A DNA stretch of 64,000 bases from Callorhinchus milii (Eukaryota). The notes beneath the pieces were generated by a model that was given only the letters and a program-made list of their open reading frames with translations, ran no database searches and was not told the DNA's origin. The translations under genes and the position numbers were made by a program. The DNA lies in contig NW_024704742.1 in assembly GCF_018977255.1 (NCBI RefSeq), forward strand, positions 44,580,001-44,644,000. Reading direction: 5' to 3'. How positions within the stretch are numbered: position 1 is the first letter of the stretch; every line of letters begins with the position of its first letter. Shown piece after piece: positions 24,810 to 37,714 of the stretch.

Positions 24810-26450
24810 AGTTACGTGGGAAAATAGGAATATCCTGGGCTGGAAAAAGGCCTTCTGTCCAATCCCAAAGTAAAAAGAAAATCAAACAAAACTCTGTTTT
24901 CACAATTGATTTCCTCACTATATAGCTATTAGATTCCCTCTAGAATTTACTGACACAATTTGTGATCATAGTCTCCCAATGTTGTGTTTACCTCTATTAA
25001 CCAACTTCAATTCCTATCTACAAGCATAGAAGATGTGGCCAATAAATATCTTGTCCATTTGGCAATCTTTCAATTGAGTCTGAAATATGGTCAATTCCAA
25101 TCATATTCCTTCATTGAGGGATCTGGGAAGTATATCATATGGATTTGCAGAAAGTCTCTTTGACTCAATTTACCTTGGGAAACTTTCCCGGAGGTATATT
25201 TTGATATATTTTTAGTCACAGATAAGTATTCACACTCACATTCTTGAATGCAAAATATCCTGTTTGACATTGCTGTGTTTTATACCTTTAACATATTGGT
25301 AAACACTGTATCTTTTATCTACTTTTGTGGAACTTTGTACAGCAAAACCAATGCAATAGATCAAAGGAAAGGAAAACATACAATCTTTAAAGTTTAATTT
25401 TCTATCCAAATACAAAATTAAACTATTTAAATGTTGAGTTTGATCACTCCCTTCCTCACCCACTCCACTGGGTTCCCATCACACAGAAGATACAGTTCAA
25501 GATCCTGGTCCTCACCTTCAAAGCCCTCCATGGCCTTGCTCTCCACTACCTGTGCGACCTTCTTACCCCTTAACAACCCGTCCACTCCCTCTGCTTAGCA
25601 GACTCTGGCCTGCTTCTCATCCCCCAGTCTTGCTCGCCCTACATTTGGCAGGTGGGTCTTCAGCCACTCTGCTCCCATCCTCTGGAAATCCATCCCGCAG
25701 ACCCTCCACCTCGCCCCCTCGCCCCCTCCCTTGCCTCCTTCAAGACCCATCTCAAGACCCTCCTCTTTGACCATGCTTTCGATCACCATCCTTCCCCCCC
25801 GACTGCTCTCCACCCTCCCCAAGACTGATCCCCAGCTCGGGTCTGAATCACTGACTGTCCAGCTCCTTGGGAAGTCCTCCCGACATGAAAAGCGCTACAC
25901 ACATGTAATTTTGTTGTTGTATCTACAGATTAAATGTTCATGTTTATTTCCTGCAGGATTACACCAAAAAAATCCTAATTGAAGTCATTCTCAGCTCTTC
26001 TAGGATGATCAAACAGATAGAAAACAGGAATTGTTTAATTGGATTGATCTTTACTGAAGCACTCGTGGTACATTTGTATCTGTTCAGTGGACCCAAATGA
26101 GATTAGTTAAACAATAATCAGGCAACCATTGTGCCATGAACATAATTTTGGTTTGTTAGTCTATTTTTCAGACCCACTGATATTCCTGCAACTTATTTCC
26201 CCTTTCTTCTAGGACATTGCCAGCCTGCCCTTATATGTCTCTGTCCACCTGTTCTTCCACAACCTACAACCTACAAACCATATGCTTCAATCACATGCAT
26301 TGCAGATAGGAGTTAACATCTTATGAATTATTCATGAGCTCCCGTCTCTTTGAGACAAATAATTCTAAAACATCAATCCTCTTTAAAACCTGACCCAAGG
26401 ATTGTATATTTATTCTCTATTACTAGCATGCCCAGGGCAACAGGATATAA
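24810..26450 (-). mobile_element. Very old CR1-like LINE (RT to 3' end), interrupted by L2 at 25464-25920
   Basis: Colinear minus-strand remnants: GISVGLKNRLTNQNYVHG (compare WIxNWLTxRxQRVxxNG), catgaacatttaatctgtagat (compare MxFNxxK), LYLDRKLNFKDC (compare LGVxxDxKLxF), an FRL..GD-like segment, then a CR1-type 3' UTR. Confidence 0.6.
25464..25920 (+). mobile_element. L2 3' fragment
   Basis: ctccactgggttcccatc...ttcaagatcctggtcctcaccttcaaagccctccatggccttgct (FKILVLTFKALHGLA) through to a (GTT)n tail. Confidence 0.92.
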
Positions 26451-27210
26451 AACTGCTGATTCCGAAATATGATCGAGTGAATAATTCTGTGTCTGCAGAG
26501 AATAAAGGAATAAAGAATGAAGGACGTCGATGTCACAACACGCGCAGTAACAGTATTACGCAAATGACAATCTCTGATCAACCTAAGTTTGTAGCTTGTC
26601 ACATTATTAAAATAGACTACAATTGATCAAGTAGTTATCATCAAAAAGGGTGTAAAAAGCAGGGTGATGGGTTCTCCACATGTGTCAGACATCCCGCAGA
26701 CACTAAAAAAAGGATGTAAAAGGCCAATTACTTTGAGGAGCTGGATGGTGAATCTACAGGTATCTAGATAAACTTTTAAAAAAAAAGTGGATCTCTATAT
26801 CACAAACTCATTAAATTATCAATATGAAATTGCTTTTAGCATTTAATTTTGTTTCCCCAGCATAATTCAAAATAGCTAACAATTCTCATTCATAGAACAG
26901 CTATTACAAAATAGCACGGTCAATCCTATTGTTCCTCTATTCACTGTTGTCTTGTGTCCCACTATATGCTGCATCTTACTAACTGACAGGTAACTCAAAA
27001 CATTGTTATGTGCATCCTTTTGCCTTGACACCCTCTGTCTATTTCTATTTGCCTTACTAAGCTTCTCTTGCTGAAAGTTATACACCATTGTTAACAATGT
27101 GGTACCTGGTGGCTTTTAACCTGCATCTACATCAAACATATGCATAATATATATGAACAATTCAGTCAGAAATACGCTTTAAAAAGAATTCCTGTGAAAA
27201 TAACATGATC

Positions 27211-27579
27211 AATATAATAATAATATAATAATCCTTGCATTTGATATAGCGCCTTATCACGTCTTGTGACATCTCAAAGCGCTTCACAAAATACAGTGTA
27301 AAGTGAATTGACTGTATACTTTGTGGGCAAAATGTGAGAGCTAATTGCACACAGCAGTGTCCCACAAACAGTCGTGGATTGAGTGAGCCCTTTTATTTTA
27401 TGGGATTATTACCCCTTCAAAAGCGATCTGCCAATTGACTAATAACCTACCTACTGCCAGGTAAACAGAGGCGTGTGGAGTAAGGAAACTTGTCTAATGT
27501 TTCTCTCTGCCCAGGATTCAAAGAAAAGTCCTCTCGCTTGTGAGGCGGGTGCTCTAACCACTAAGCTACAGGACTCCAC
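27211..27579 (-). mobile_element. Full family A SINE, long form
   Basis: tRNA-like head at 27500-27579, internal cctctgtttacctggcag segment, (ATT)n tail. Confidence 0.92.
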
Positions 27580-28979
27580 GATTACTCCTTGATGCTGAAA
27601 AAAATGTTAGGATAAATGGAACCATGATCTCTAGGATTGACATAAACACTTGGGGTTTTGGGAGGAGAGGCAATTTATGTTCTGAGGTCAGTTTTCCTGA
27701 TGTTGAGATGCGGGTTGTGCTGTAGTCTTCCCAACTAGCTCTTTATAACCATAGTTTAGAATAATAACCCTGCTGGAGGCATTTCTATTTCACTGAGCTT
27801 CTTGGTTAAGTATCAGTGAGCATTCGTAATGTAAAAAACCTAAAATGCCTGGCTGGAAAAGAGTTAATGTCTGTTTTGTTTAAACATGCATTAGAAATCT
27901 TTAAGAGCTTTAAATAAAGTCGCAATGTTCTTGTATATATTACATCAAAGTTATTGACAGTTGAAAGTGATAATCTGTTTGTCAGCTGTTATTTTATACA
28001 AAGATAACTGTTATTAATAAACCCTGAGCTATCTATCAAAAGTTTTTTCCTCAACTTTCCAGATGCAATTACATAACAAAACCTAAAACAATAGTTTTCT
28101 CACAAACCTGCTATTTCGAATTTTGCTGCAATAATATTGTGAAACGATCAGATCTCAGCAAAAATAAAGACAAGAAATACTGAAATTTTAGTTATTCCTC
28201 AATGTCGAAAGAAATGCATAGATGTATAATCTATTTCTTCCTGTACAGCTCTCTCCAGAGAGATAGGGAGGAAATACTGATTATTTTTATGGGTAAAAAT
28301 ACAACTAATTTGGTCACAGTTCTAACTCTGCATTAATATGGAAAAGGACACTGTTTCTATAATCAACAAAACACTTGTAGAATCAAATTAAAAACCGCTA
28401 ATGATATCACACATTTTATATTCTGAGGTCAATGCTTAGCAACCCATACAAAATACAGCCAGCTCATCTATCCAATGAATTACATATTGCTTATTTATAA
28501 ATATTGTTTGTAATTTTTATTGTACACATCATACTGTAATAAATACATTAATCTTGTATTTTCACCAAAACATCCACGCTTTCAAATATTAAATTTGTGC
28601 TACCCTGCTGTGTAGCGTTGAAACATTGGGTGAAAATTGTGATGTCTGATGTAATACAGGCACAACAGAAATTTACATTTATACAGCGTGTTTCACATCG
28701 GGAGTATGTCCAAGGCATTTAACAATCCTAGCTTGGTACCTTAGCTAGTGATGTACATTTTAGTCTCAATAACTAAAGGCTGGATACAAGGTGACTGCAT
28801 TACAGTGGTTGGCTTTGAAGCCGCCCTCTGTAGTTGTGTTAGACATGTCAGCCATCGGATTGTTAAACTGGTGTCCTGTAAATTGGCATTACTTCTTACC
28901 GATTTGCAAGTTCAATGGACTTTTGTTTTGGTCAGCCAGTTTCTGACAACATTAAAACTTCTGTTTATTTATCAACTTT

Positions 28980-29820
28980 CATGCAGGACAAAGCATTTGT
29001 CACATGCAGAAACCTATCATCATACTTATGAATATCCAAATTAGACAGAGGATTCCATGTATGCATGACACCTACACCTGAATATTTCCCAGGGTCTAGA
29101 ATGGAATGCACACTCTCTCATCCAATTCCAGGGAGCATTAAATGGAGGTTGGCAAAGGCCACGATGTAGGAATCCCAAAGTGTGCATTAATAATAATAAT
29201 CCTTGCATTTGATATAGCGCTTTTCACGTCTTCTAGATGTCTCAAAGTGCTTCACAGAATAGACTGTAAAGTGATTTGACTGTACATCCATGGGTGAAAT
29301 GCGGCAGCCAATTGCAGTGTCCTACAAACAGTCGTGGATTGAAATGACCAATTTTTTTTTATATAGGGATTATTATCAGGCATGTGGAGTAAGGAAACTT
29401 GCCCAAGTCTTCATCCTGCCAGGAATCGAACCCAGGTCTCTCGCTTGCAAAGCGAATGCTCTAACCACTGAGCTACAGGACTTCACAATTGAAATACTGC
29501 TGGAGTCTGACCAGCTAAAATAGCATAATTTGTCATTGAGAGCACTGTCTGACTAGTTTCCTGTTGCTTGCCAAGCTAGGACCACACTACCTTTTAGGCT
29601 TTTGACTTGCAGAGTTAACAGGAGCTGAGCGGGAAAAATTGCTGCTCTGACCTTTCAAGTCCTGCTGATAAGGCAGGTTGGCTGGTCTGTCATCATCAGC
29701 GCTCTAGAATACTATGGTCCAGGAGCAGGACAACTCAAATCGCCCCTGAGGGTCAACTCAATTCTGATTTCCGTGCTAAACATGTCACCTTGGAGCCAGC
29801 CAGCTTTCCTCCCCTGCCCA
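28980..29820 (+). repeat. Family X repeat interrupted by a family A SINE
   Basis: 28980-29188 aligns with 41235-41440 (cacatgcagaaacctatcatcatac, aatggaatgcacactctctc). 29487-29820 aligns with 41445-41790 (tggagtctgacca, tgtcaccttggagccag). Confidence 0.75.
29189..29486 (-). mobile_element. Full family A SINE, short form
   Basis: Minus-strand head GTGAAGTCCTGTAGCTCAGTGGTTAGAGCATTCGCTTTGCAAGCGAGAGACCTGGGTTCGATTCC with intact A and B boxes; (ATT)n tail. Confidence 0.93.
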
Positions 29821-31179
29821 GAGGATAGTTACAGATCATTGGATAACTTTCATTGGCCTTTCATTTACTTGCTTTAAAGAACAGGGTATAATTATTCATA
29901 TCACAATGAAGTCAGTCCACTGCTGCATTTGCACAAAATATCTTCATATCAAAAAGAATTCAAGGCACTGATAGCTTTTCTTCTTGTTTTCCATCTGAAC
30001 AAAATGAATCACAAACATCTCGATTAAGATTTGATAGGCTCCAACCCAGCTGACTGAAGATGCAATATTATTTGCAGTGAAAATGAGTATCTTAATAAGT
30101 TCTTCTTAACACAGAACTAATTTATTGGAGTTGATTTAAAGTGGGCTCCACACTTCCTGCATTTAACCTTACATAATGAGACTAATTGAATTAATACATT
30201 CCAAGCCATTCAACCGGTGAGTGTCTTCATTTAATTTGAAGTGAATTAATATGCTTGAATAACTGGGTCCATTTAATTTATGCGCACAACCACTTGCTTC
30301 TGTTTACTGACAGGAAGTTAACCAATAGACAGCATAGTAGCAGACGCTTTGGTGAAACATCTACAAATGTGATCTCAAAACTAGTCGATAATGTTGGTGT
30401 ATCTGTACTGCACTCCAGTTTTGTTTCAAAATGATACATTGCCTGAAATTTCAGTCACATTTAGCATTTTTCATGTTCCTGTCAAAGCCACTTTGATTTG
30501 TTTAGCTGCCTGTGTCAAGAAGTGTCAGCACATGGCTTGTTAGTTCTTGTTTATCCTATTACTGAAAAATCTGAGGTCAAGCTGAGTCAATCCCTAATGC
30601 TATGCTTTGCACTAGTAATTACATGGAACTAAAGCAACCTACTCATTAAATTCAAGATGAGAATCAAGTATTCATTAGAGCTTCCCACTTTAATGCTACA
30701 TTGAACAATTTCTGCTCAACAGATTCATTCAAACAATTTACAAAGCTGTGTCACTGACGTGCCCTAATATACTTGTGAGCTGTTAGCAACATAATTTATG
30801 CAGCGGAACACAACAATAATTAATAGTTTTATCAGCTAATTTATAATCAACTAACTCCAGAATAAATGGTACATTTGGGGTTGTAAGATAATAACTATAT
30901 CTTAGGTATATGTGCTCTTCAAAAGGAAAAAAGTTCAATTTTTGAATAGCATAGAACTAGAATAGTTATATTTTTCATGATTCATATGCTTTTTTATATA
31001 AATGTCAAGGTGCTGGTCATCACAAAGCAAAGCAATCTGTCTCAGTCCTTATTGCATGATGTACACTGTTGCTAAACTCCAGGTAATCTATATTAAGGAC
31101 CCTCACAATGTTTTCTTTAATACTGACCAAGTAACATGTCTGCTTCATACTGATCTGTACTAAACTCATATTACAATGA

Positions 31180-32136
31180 TATGCAATTGGTTGACCAGAA
31201 GAAACCAGAGGGTGGTGGTACAGGGAATGTCATCAAACTGGGAAAATGTTACCAGTTCCACAAGAGTCTGTTTTGGGATTTCTTTTCTTTAATATTTTTA
31301 TAAATTATCTTGAAATAGGAGTCACAAGCACATTGGCTAATTTGCAGATGACACCAAGATAATGAAGGTGGTAAATTGAGAAGCTGAAGAAGATGACTTA
31401 CAGGAGGATTTGAACATACTTGGGAATTGGGCAGATCGATGGCAGATGAAATTCAATGTGGGAAAATGTAAAGTACTTCACATGGGGACAAAGAACCTGG
31501 AAGAGACTATTATTTGAACAGAAGGAAGATACTATGTATGGAAAATCAAAAGGACCAGGGGGTGCTGATTGACAATAAATTAAAGCTCTCCCAACAATGC
31601 TCTGTGGCAGTGAGGAAAGCAAACCAGATGTTGTATCAAAAGATCAATAGCAAGCCGAAATAGTGGAGTAATCCTGCCACTGTATAAATCATTGGTGAGA
31701 CCATACTTAGAGTAAAGTGGGCATGGTTCACGCTGGAAAAGAGAAGATTGAGAGGCAACATAATTGCTGTCTTTAAGATTCTAAAGGAGCAAGACAATAT
31801 AGATCATGAGAGGCTGATTCAACATACCCAGAATAGTAGAACAAGAGGACACGACCAGCGATTGAAGGGGGGTAAATTCAGAACAAATCTATGCAAACAC
31901 TCTTTCATTGAGGGAATAGTGAACCTGTGGAACATGTTCTCTAGGGAGACATTTGAAGCAGGAATTGTTGATTCTTTCAAAGACAGATTATATTGTTTTC
32001 TTTTAGGAAATAACATTATGGGATATAGTACATAGCTAGTTTGGGACATATGTGCATGCGACCACCAGGAAGGTGGAAGGCGATCTAGATGGACCTTGGT
32101 CTTTTTTCGTCTAACATTTCTTAAGTTCTTACGTAA
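31180..32136 (+). mobile_element. CR1-clade LINE, RT C-terminal half and 3' UTR, disrupted
   Basis: Fragments translate WLTRRNQRVVVQG, PQESVLGFLFFNIFIN, FADDTK, LQEDLNILGNWADRWQMKFNVGKCKVLHMG, LYKSLVRPYLE, LEKRRLRG and TRGHDQRLKG..VNLWN. There are frameshifts and an internal deletion near 31720. Confidence 0.95.
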
Positions 32137-32559
32137 CTCTGCATCCTCATCACATCAGTTGTAGCCAACGAGTCAAATGACTTTACTTCCTCCAGGCTTA
32201 TCTTTTCTCAAGGGCAGTAAAACAATGTGAGATGACATTCTTTGTGCAAAACTTGGTCTGGGCAAGAGATGAGTGACATCTGAAGACAGAACTGACTTTT
32301 GTCTCAGTCTAAGGTAAAGAAACTTACGGATGAAAGCAGAAAATGGTGAAAAGAAAGAATGTTAAATGAACATGTTTCTCATTGTATCTCTTTCTAAACA
32401 AGCAATGTTAGTTTCTTCTACATCAGGCTGAAGCACATTTGTAACAATAAGTAACAGTTGTAAATGATTGGTGCTATTAAAGCAATGCAAAATTATAGAA
32501 TTCAGAGAGTAATTTGTTGACATATCAAATGAAAAAGAAATCTATTCTTGCAACATCTT

Positions 32560-33560
32560 GGTTCTCTGGCCAACCCTCATGGTAAAATCCTATCAGATAT
32601 ACTTCTGTAAGTTATTGGAAAACTGTTCTAGCCACACACTTCCAATAACTTCCCTTCTCATTCCTTTATGCTAACAGTTTTCTTTCTGAGTTGTTCTTCG
32701 TTTCTCGAACAGTTGTCATTCTCACCATCTCTCATTGCTTGGTTCCTCACTGATGGCTTCTTATTTTGAGCAGATACTCTTTCTTCTCTATGATGATATA
32801 CATACATTCAGTTTCTTTATTTGGATTGCAATAACTGACTGTTTCAACCTCCAATAGTTCCTATCTTAAGGCAATGCTTGAAGCTTTTCTTTGAATTCCT
32901 TCACTTCTTATTAATTCCCTTTCTGCGGCTTCCTTTCACAGTTACTATTTTAAGACACTCTTCTTTTAAATTTGTTCTCTCAGGGCTCTCCCTTCAACAT
33001 TTTCTCTTCCCAGATATTCTGCATTGAAAAGCTACCTACAATGCTTTCTGATCCAAGGTACACAATGCAACTAAACACTGTCAATTATTTTCCGATCATT
33101 TCCATCATCGAGGTACTAACCGGAGTTCTGCTCAAAGACTGTAGGAATTGCTTTTCATTGAAATGTTAACATCCTACTTTACATTTATTTTTCCTGACCA
33201 TTGTCTACTGGGGATTATATTATTGCTTTGTCCAAATTCTAATTATAAAGAGAAATCTTGTTCAGTTTTTTTTGGAAGATGTAGTTTTTTGGCCCAAGAT
33301 TTTTGTTTTGAGTTTTTCTCTTCAATTTTCTTTCCTGAACTCTTGAAATGGTAGACTTCTGCCGAGGTACATTTCAACTCATTTCACAATTAATGTCTCA
33401 CTCATCCTTCACATGTGTGCTGAGGCCATCAATGATGACAGGCCAATACAGTCAGAGTTTCGGACATTCTCCATTGGAGAATATTCCTCGACAATGCTCA
33501 AATAGATTTGCACCAAACAAAGTTACTTCAGCTACTGAGCCATTCAGCATTCTGATCTTC
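32560..33560 (-). mobile_element. Probable very old CR1-like ORF2 (endonuclease and linker) remnant
   Basis: Purine-rich minus strand with remnants LGSESIVGSFSM (compare LGxSDHxxIxF), FKEKLQAL and ERKLLA*RNEKGSYWKCV (compare ExxLAxxxKxNxKxFWKYV). Heavily decayed. Confidence 0.4.
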
Positions 33561-34194
33561 CTGATCTGCACAAATTGAAATTGAGTTAAGTTTGTATTCC
33601 ACAAGAAGCAATGAAAAGCTGGTATCTAATTCATGGCAGAAATAAAGGCACTGCTGCTTAGATCAAATAAAAGCCAAAATAAGTGGCTTTTGGGAGAACC
33701 ATTTGAATGAAGTTAAGGGGAGGGTTTTTCTCTACATTGACTATCAAGTGGGACATCTCCTGGAGATGAATGGCCCATGATGTGATAATCATTGCTGGTA
33801 GTTATGATCACTTGGAATAATTGTCACATTACCCTACCTCTAGGAATATCATAAATCATTTTTAAAATAAAAAAGGAGTAAATGAATATAGATAATTCTT
33901 TCTGCCATAGCAGAAGTACACAACTGGGGAACATAACTAGTGAACTAGCAACAACAACAACATTGTATTTTTGAAGCGCCTTTCAGGTTGGGAGGACGTC
34001 CCAAGGCACTGGTAAAATAGGTAAAATAACAGGATCTGACTGCTTTAGACATGAAGTAATACTTCAACTGAAGGAATAAGCCAAAAGTACAACCCACACA
34101 TCTTAGAACAAACACAGGATTTCAGAGAAGGAAATGGATAGATTCCTAAATAAAAAGAGATACTGAGTTGGCTCTGATTCCTTTGAATACTACC

Positions 34195-34415
34195 CATTCT
34201 GTGGAACTACATCACGGTGTCCCTCTGACTTATTCCGTTCCTCACCTTGTTCAAGGCCTATCACAAGACATACCCCTTTGACAGAGCTTTCAGTCGTCTT
34301 ACCCCTCTCCACCTCCTTTGGTTGCCAACCAGGCTTGGGTGCCCATTCAGCAGTGTTAATTGCTTCGAGACGTCTTCCCGACATGAAAAGCACTATATAA
34401 ATGTAAATTGTATTG
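34195..34415 (+). mobile_element. L2 3' fragment
   Basis: ctgtggaact...ttcaaggcctatcacaagacatacccctttgacagagc...tcccgacatgaaaagcactatataaatgtaaattgtattg. Confidence 0.85.
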
Positions 34416-34559
34416 AATTGATACCATGAATGTTCCTCAAAAAATAAGGTCAGATGTATTTTTTACTTTCTTATGGCTTTTATAAAATCATACGTAATCA
34501 TAATAACAAATAGCATTTGCATTTGATATTGTACCATTTCCCTTTATTGCACAGACACT

Positions 34560-34712
34560 GAGCTCTGATAATGATGTAGGGAAGGGAATAAATGGGCGAA
34601 GGGAAAGGCTAGGGGTGGGCAGAGGCTCATGTGCAGTATAAATACTCCATGGCATGGCTAGTTGAGCTAAATGGCCTGATACACTGCTGTAGATTCTATG
34701 GAATTCTATGAA
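34560..34712 (+). mobile_element. CR1 3' UTR fragment
   Basis: gttgagctaaatggcctgatacactgctgtagattctatggaattctatg is a CR1-type terminus. Confidence 0.65.
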
Positions 34713-35169
34713 AGGCACACCAAACTGGCAGCTTCACATTTACATGTCACAAGTACAGTATAGAAATACTATGCTGCACCAGCATCCAGATGGAATTCTC
34801 TATGTAGCTTTTAGGTAGTATTGTGTGTTGGCTGTGGTAAAGATGTGCAGGTATCCTTGACTTCAATTGGAAAAATATTTGATGCATTAAATGCTTTGCC
34901 CAATAGGACTCTCCTGAGCTCAGTGAAAGTGCTGATACTTGATTGTCATGCAATTGAATGCTATAATCCTTTTACTATTTAGCAGTTTATACAGAATATC
35001 AAAGTTAAGTCTCTGCATGCCTTTTTTACAATGGGATTCCATGCAAGAGTGGGTACGTGCACAATATACAGCAATCAATATCCAGATGATTCATCCTAGA
35101 GGTCTCAGAAATCATAACAGATAAAAGTACCATCTGGTGAAGCACTGAACCAAAGAAACTAGGCAAAGA

Positions 35170-35505
35170 TTCAATGCAGCAACCAATTTGCACATAGCAA
35201 TGTCCCTCAAATAGACATGAAGTGAATGACTTAGTTTATTTGGGATATTTATTGGCCAGGGCATCGCTAACAACTCCCTTCTCTTTTTCAACAGTGCCAT
35301 GGGAATTTCAATGTCCAGCTGAACAGGCAGATGGGGCTTCAGTTTAAAACCTCATCTAAAGGACAGCACCTCCAACAATGGAGCACACCCCAGGACTTCA
35401 TTGGAGTGTCATCTTAGACTATACGAGTTCCAAGAGTCAATGTTGGCTTGAACCCACAACCTACTGACAATAGAGGTGAGAGTGCTATGAACTGAGCCTG
35501 TCTGA
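35170..35505 (-). mobile_element. Near full-length Deu-domain SINE with tRNA-like head
   Basis: Minus-strand head ggctcagttcatagcactctcacctct...ttgtgggttcaagcc, core ttagatgaggttttaaactgaagccccatctgcc...cccatggcact, then tail. Confidence 0.85.
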
Positions 35506-35737
35506 TACCTGAGATGATGTAACAAACCATGTTAGGGGCAGGGGTTTCGCAATTGCTTCCTGTCTATGAGTTATTAGGCTCTAGTCTCTAATCTCCAGTG
35601 ACAACATCACCTGACAAATGCAATTCCTGGACAAATACATCAAATTGCAAAGAAATTGATTCTGGACATGCATTGATCGACTTAGTAATCCAAGTGACTT
35701 TACCTGGATTCACATACAGATAGCCAATAACTTCAGC

Positions 35738-35850
35738 AACCATAGAAACCATAGAAATGTACAAGCAACAGGCCATTCGGCCTTTATTTTGCAGCGTTTT
35801 CATCTCTGGGATCATCCTCATGAACCTATTTTGCACCATCTCCACAGCTC
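35738..35850 (-). mobile_element. Internally deleted CR1 3' fragment
   Basis: ORF begins EMVQNRFMRMIPEMK (compare ERVQRRFTRMIPGMK) and is joined to a ggccgaatggcctg...ttctatggtttctatg tail. Confidence 0.7.
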
Positions 35851-36099
35851 TTAATATAATGTGCTATCTATCCTAAGACCAATACCCTCCTTTTTTCCCA
35901 TAAACATTGTTACAACACAGAAAATTGTGACTGAGGGAGTAAAAGGAGAAGATTTGGTTCTTCTGGAAGGTAATCAGAATAAGGAATGATTTTCCAGAAG
36001 TGACTGTTAAAGCAGACTGGATTGGGACATTTGTAAAACAGTTAAAAAGCAAATGCAGAGGAAATGTATCTTGAATTCATGCCATCTTGTCCTCAAAAT

Positions 36100-36910
36100 C
36101 CCCACCAGCAGAAAGTTTATTTGTAATTAACTCTTTTAAACTCATATGTTATCTTAAACTCCTTTATCCTATGACTCTTCAACCTCTTTACTTTAATAAA
36201 AAGAATCGCATCATATCTAGTCTCTCCTAGCTTTTTCCTTCCCTATTTGTTATCATTTTTTTGAACCTATGCTGCATCCTTTCCAGAACACTAATATCTT
36301 CTTATCTATCAGTGGAGTCCTGTAGCTTAGTGGTTAGAGCAATCGCCTCACAAGTGAGAGCATCTAGGTTTGATTCCCGGCAGGATGAAAGGTTGGGCAA
36401 GTTTCCTTACTCCACACACCTCTGTTTACCTAGCAGTATGTAGGAACCTGCTTGTTAGTCGATTGGCAGATCGCTTTCCTGGGGATAATAATCCCTTAAA
36501 AAAANTGTGGTCACTCAATCAACGCCTGTTTGTGGGACACTGCTGTGTGCTATTGACTGTCGCGTTTTGCTCACAAAATATACAGTCAATTCATTTTACA
36601 GGATATTCCGTGAAGGACTTTGAGACATCTTGAAGATGTGACAAGGCGCTATATCAAATGCAAAGATTATTATTATTAGAATGTGACTCCCAATACTCCA
36701 CTTTATATTCGTTCTGCAGTCTAACCAATGTCTAATACAACAATAACAAAATTACATTTATAGAGCGCTTTTCATGTTGGGAGGACGTTCTAAGGTGCTA
36801 TACAGATTCATCATCACTTCCTTACTGTGATATCTGTATTTAATGACTCTGTATGTAAACTCTAAACCCAGAATCCTGTTTGCTGTTTTGAGTCTTCTCT
36901 ACCTTGAATG
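36100..36910 (-). mobile_element. Old CR1 fragment split by a family A SINE and an L2 tail
   Basis: CR1-like text (tgaacctatgctgcatcctttcc..., aatactccac...gtctaaccaatgtctaataca, catcatcacttccttactg...aatcctgtttgctg) continues across the inserts at 36312-36678 and about 36738-36803. Confidence 0.65.
36312..36678 (+). mobile_element. Full family A SINE, long form (reference copy)
   Basis: GTGGAGTCCTGTAGCTTAGTGGTTAGAGC...GGTTTGATTCCC head, body, L2-type stem-loop tail and (ATT)n. Contains one N at 36505. Confidence 0.93.
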
Positions 36911-37605
36911 TTTTCTATCATTTTGCAACAGTTCTTAAGACTCTATAATAAGTTGTGAGTTAATGTACAGAGAAACTGAATCAAAATATAGTTGTATGAA
37001 AATGAAATAAACCCTAGCACATTATGACATCAATTTATTGTACTTTATGACACCTTATGTCATGAATTTTTATGTCAACAAGATTCATGCTGTTTGCTTT
37101 TATTCCAAGTCATGTGATTTGTATGTATCTTCTTTGGGTCAGTATAAAATGCATCATTGACAGAACCTTTTTCATAAATGCCAATTCACATTTACACTCA
37201 TTGTAAAAATGAACCTTTGAAGAAAGTACAGTGGCACACAGGATGCTACCATTGTTAAAATAAAAATACTTTCAAGTTAAACAACATTTGAAGACAAACA
37301 TATCAAAAGCAGGAATCCACATACAACATATCTGAAGATCAACAGCCATACTGGCTGATATTAGTTTGGCCAAACTAACATTTATCTTTAGACATTACTT
37401 CCCTTGTCATTCCTGATGAAATATCACTGCATTTTTTTTCCAGTTCATAACCTATTGTTTTCATCTCAAGAGAACATGCTAGTGACATTGTTGTATCAAA
37501 TCATGACAGAAAAAATGAATCCCAAATTCTCCTGTGAAAATTCATCTTCTTAATCTGAATTTCTCCTAGGACTCTAACTTGTGACAAGGCATTACATTTA
37601 TTTTA

Positions 37606-37705
37606 TAATAAAACTGGGAAATGATGAAAATGCACAGTAGGTAAAATCAGCAGCTGAAAGAGAAAAAGATGGTTAATTTTTCAGGTGTAACCATCTATCA
37701 AAATA
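37606..37705 (-). mobile_element. Penelope-like terminal repeat remnant
   Basis: Minus strand ttgatagatggttacacctgaaaaattaac resembles a decayed CTGATGA-stem-GAAAC core. The flank matches 40105-40160. Confidence 0.5.
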
Positions 37706-37714
37706 GAATAGAAT

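Noticed and set aside
25236..25463. ORF with KLNFKDCMFSFPL...KRY...GIKHS, resembling the retroviral RT motif DLKDCFFSIPL (possible endogenous retrovirus)
   Set aside because: No YxDD follows at the expected distance. The flanks are colinear with a CR1 LINE (RT remnants upstream, CR1 C-terminus and 3' UTR downstream), where LYLDRKLNF fits the LGVxxDxKLxF motif.
29405..29486. tRNA-Ala gene (likewise at 12710-12791, 27500-27579, 36312-36385 and 39950-40023)
   Set aside because: There is no complete acceptor stem, and each continues directly into a SINE body; these are SINE heads.
36505..36505. Single N in the sequence
   Set aside because: An ambiguous base call at the end of an A-homopolymer; an assembly artefact, not biology.
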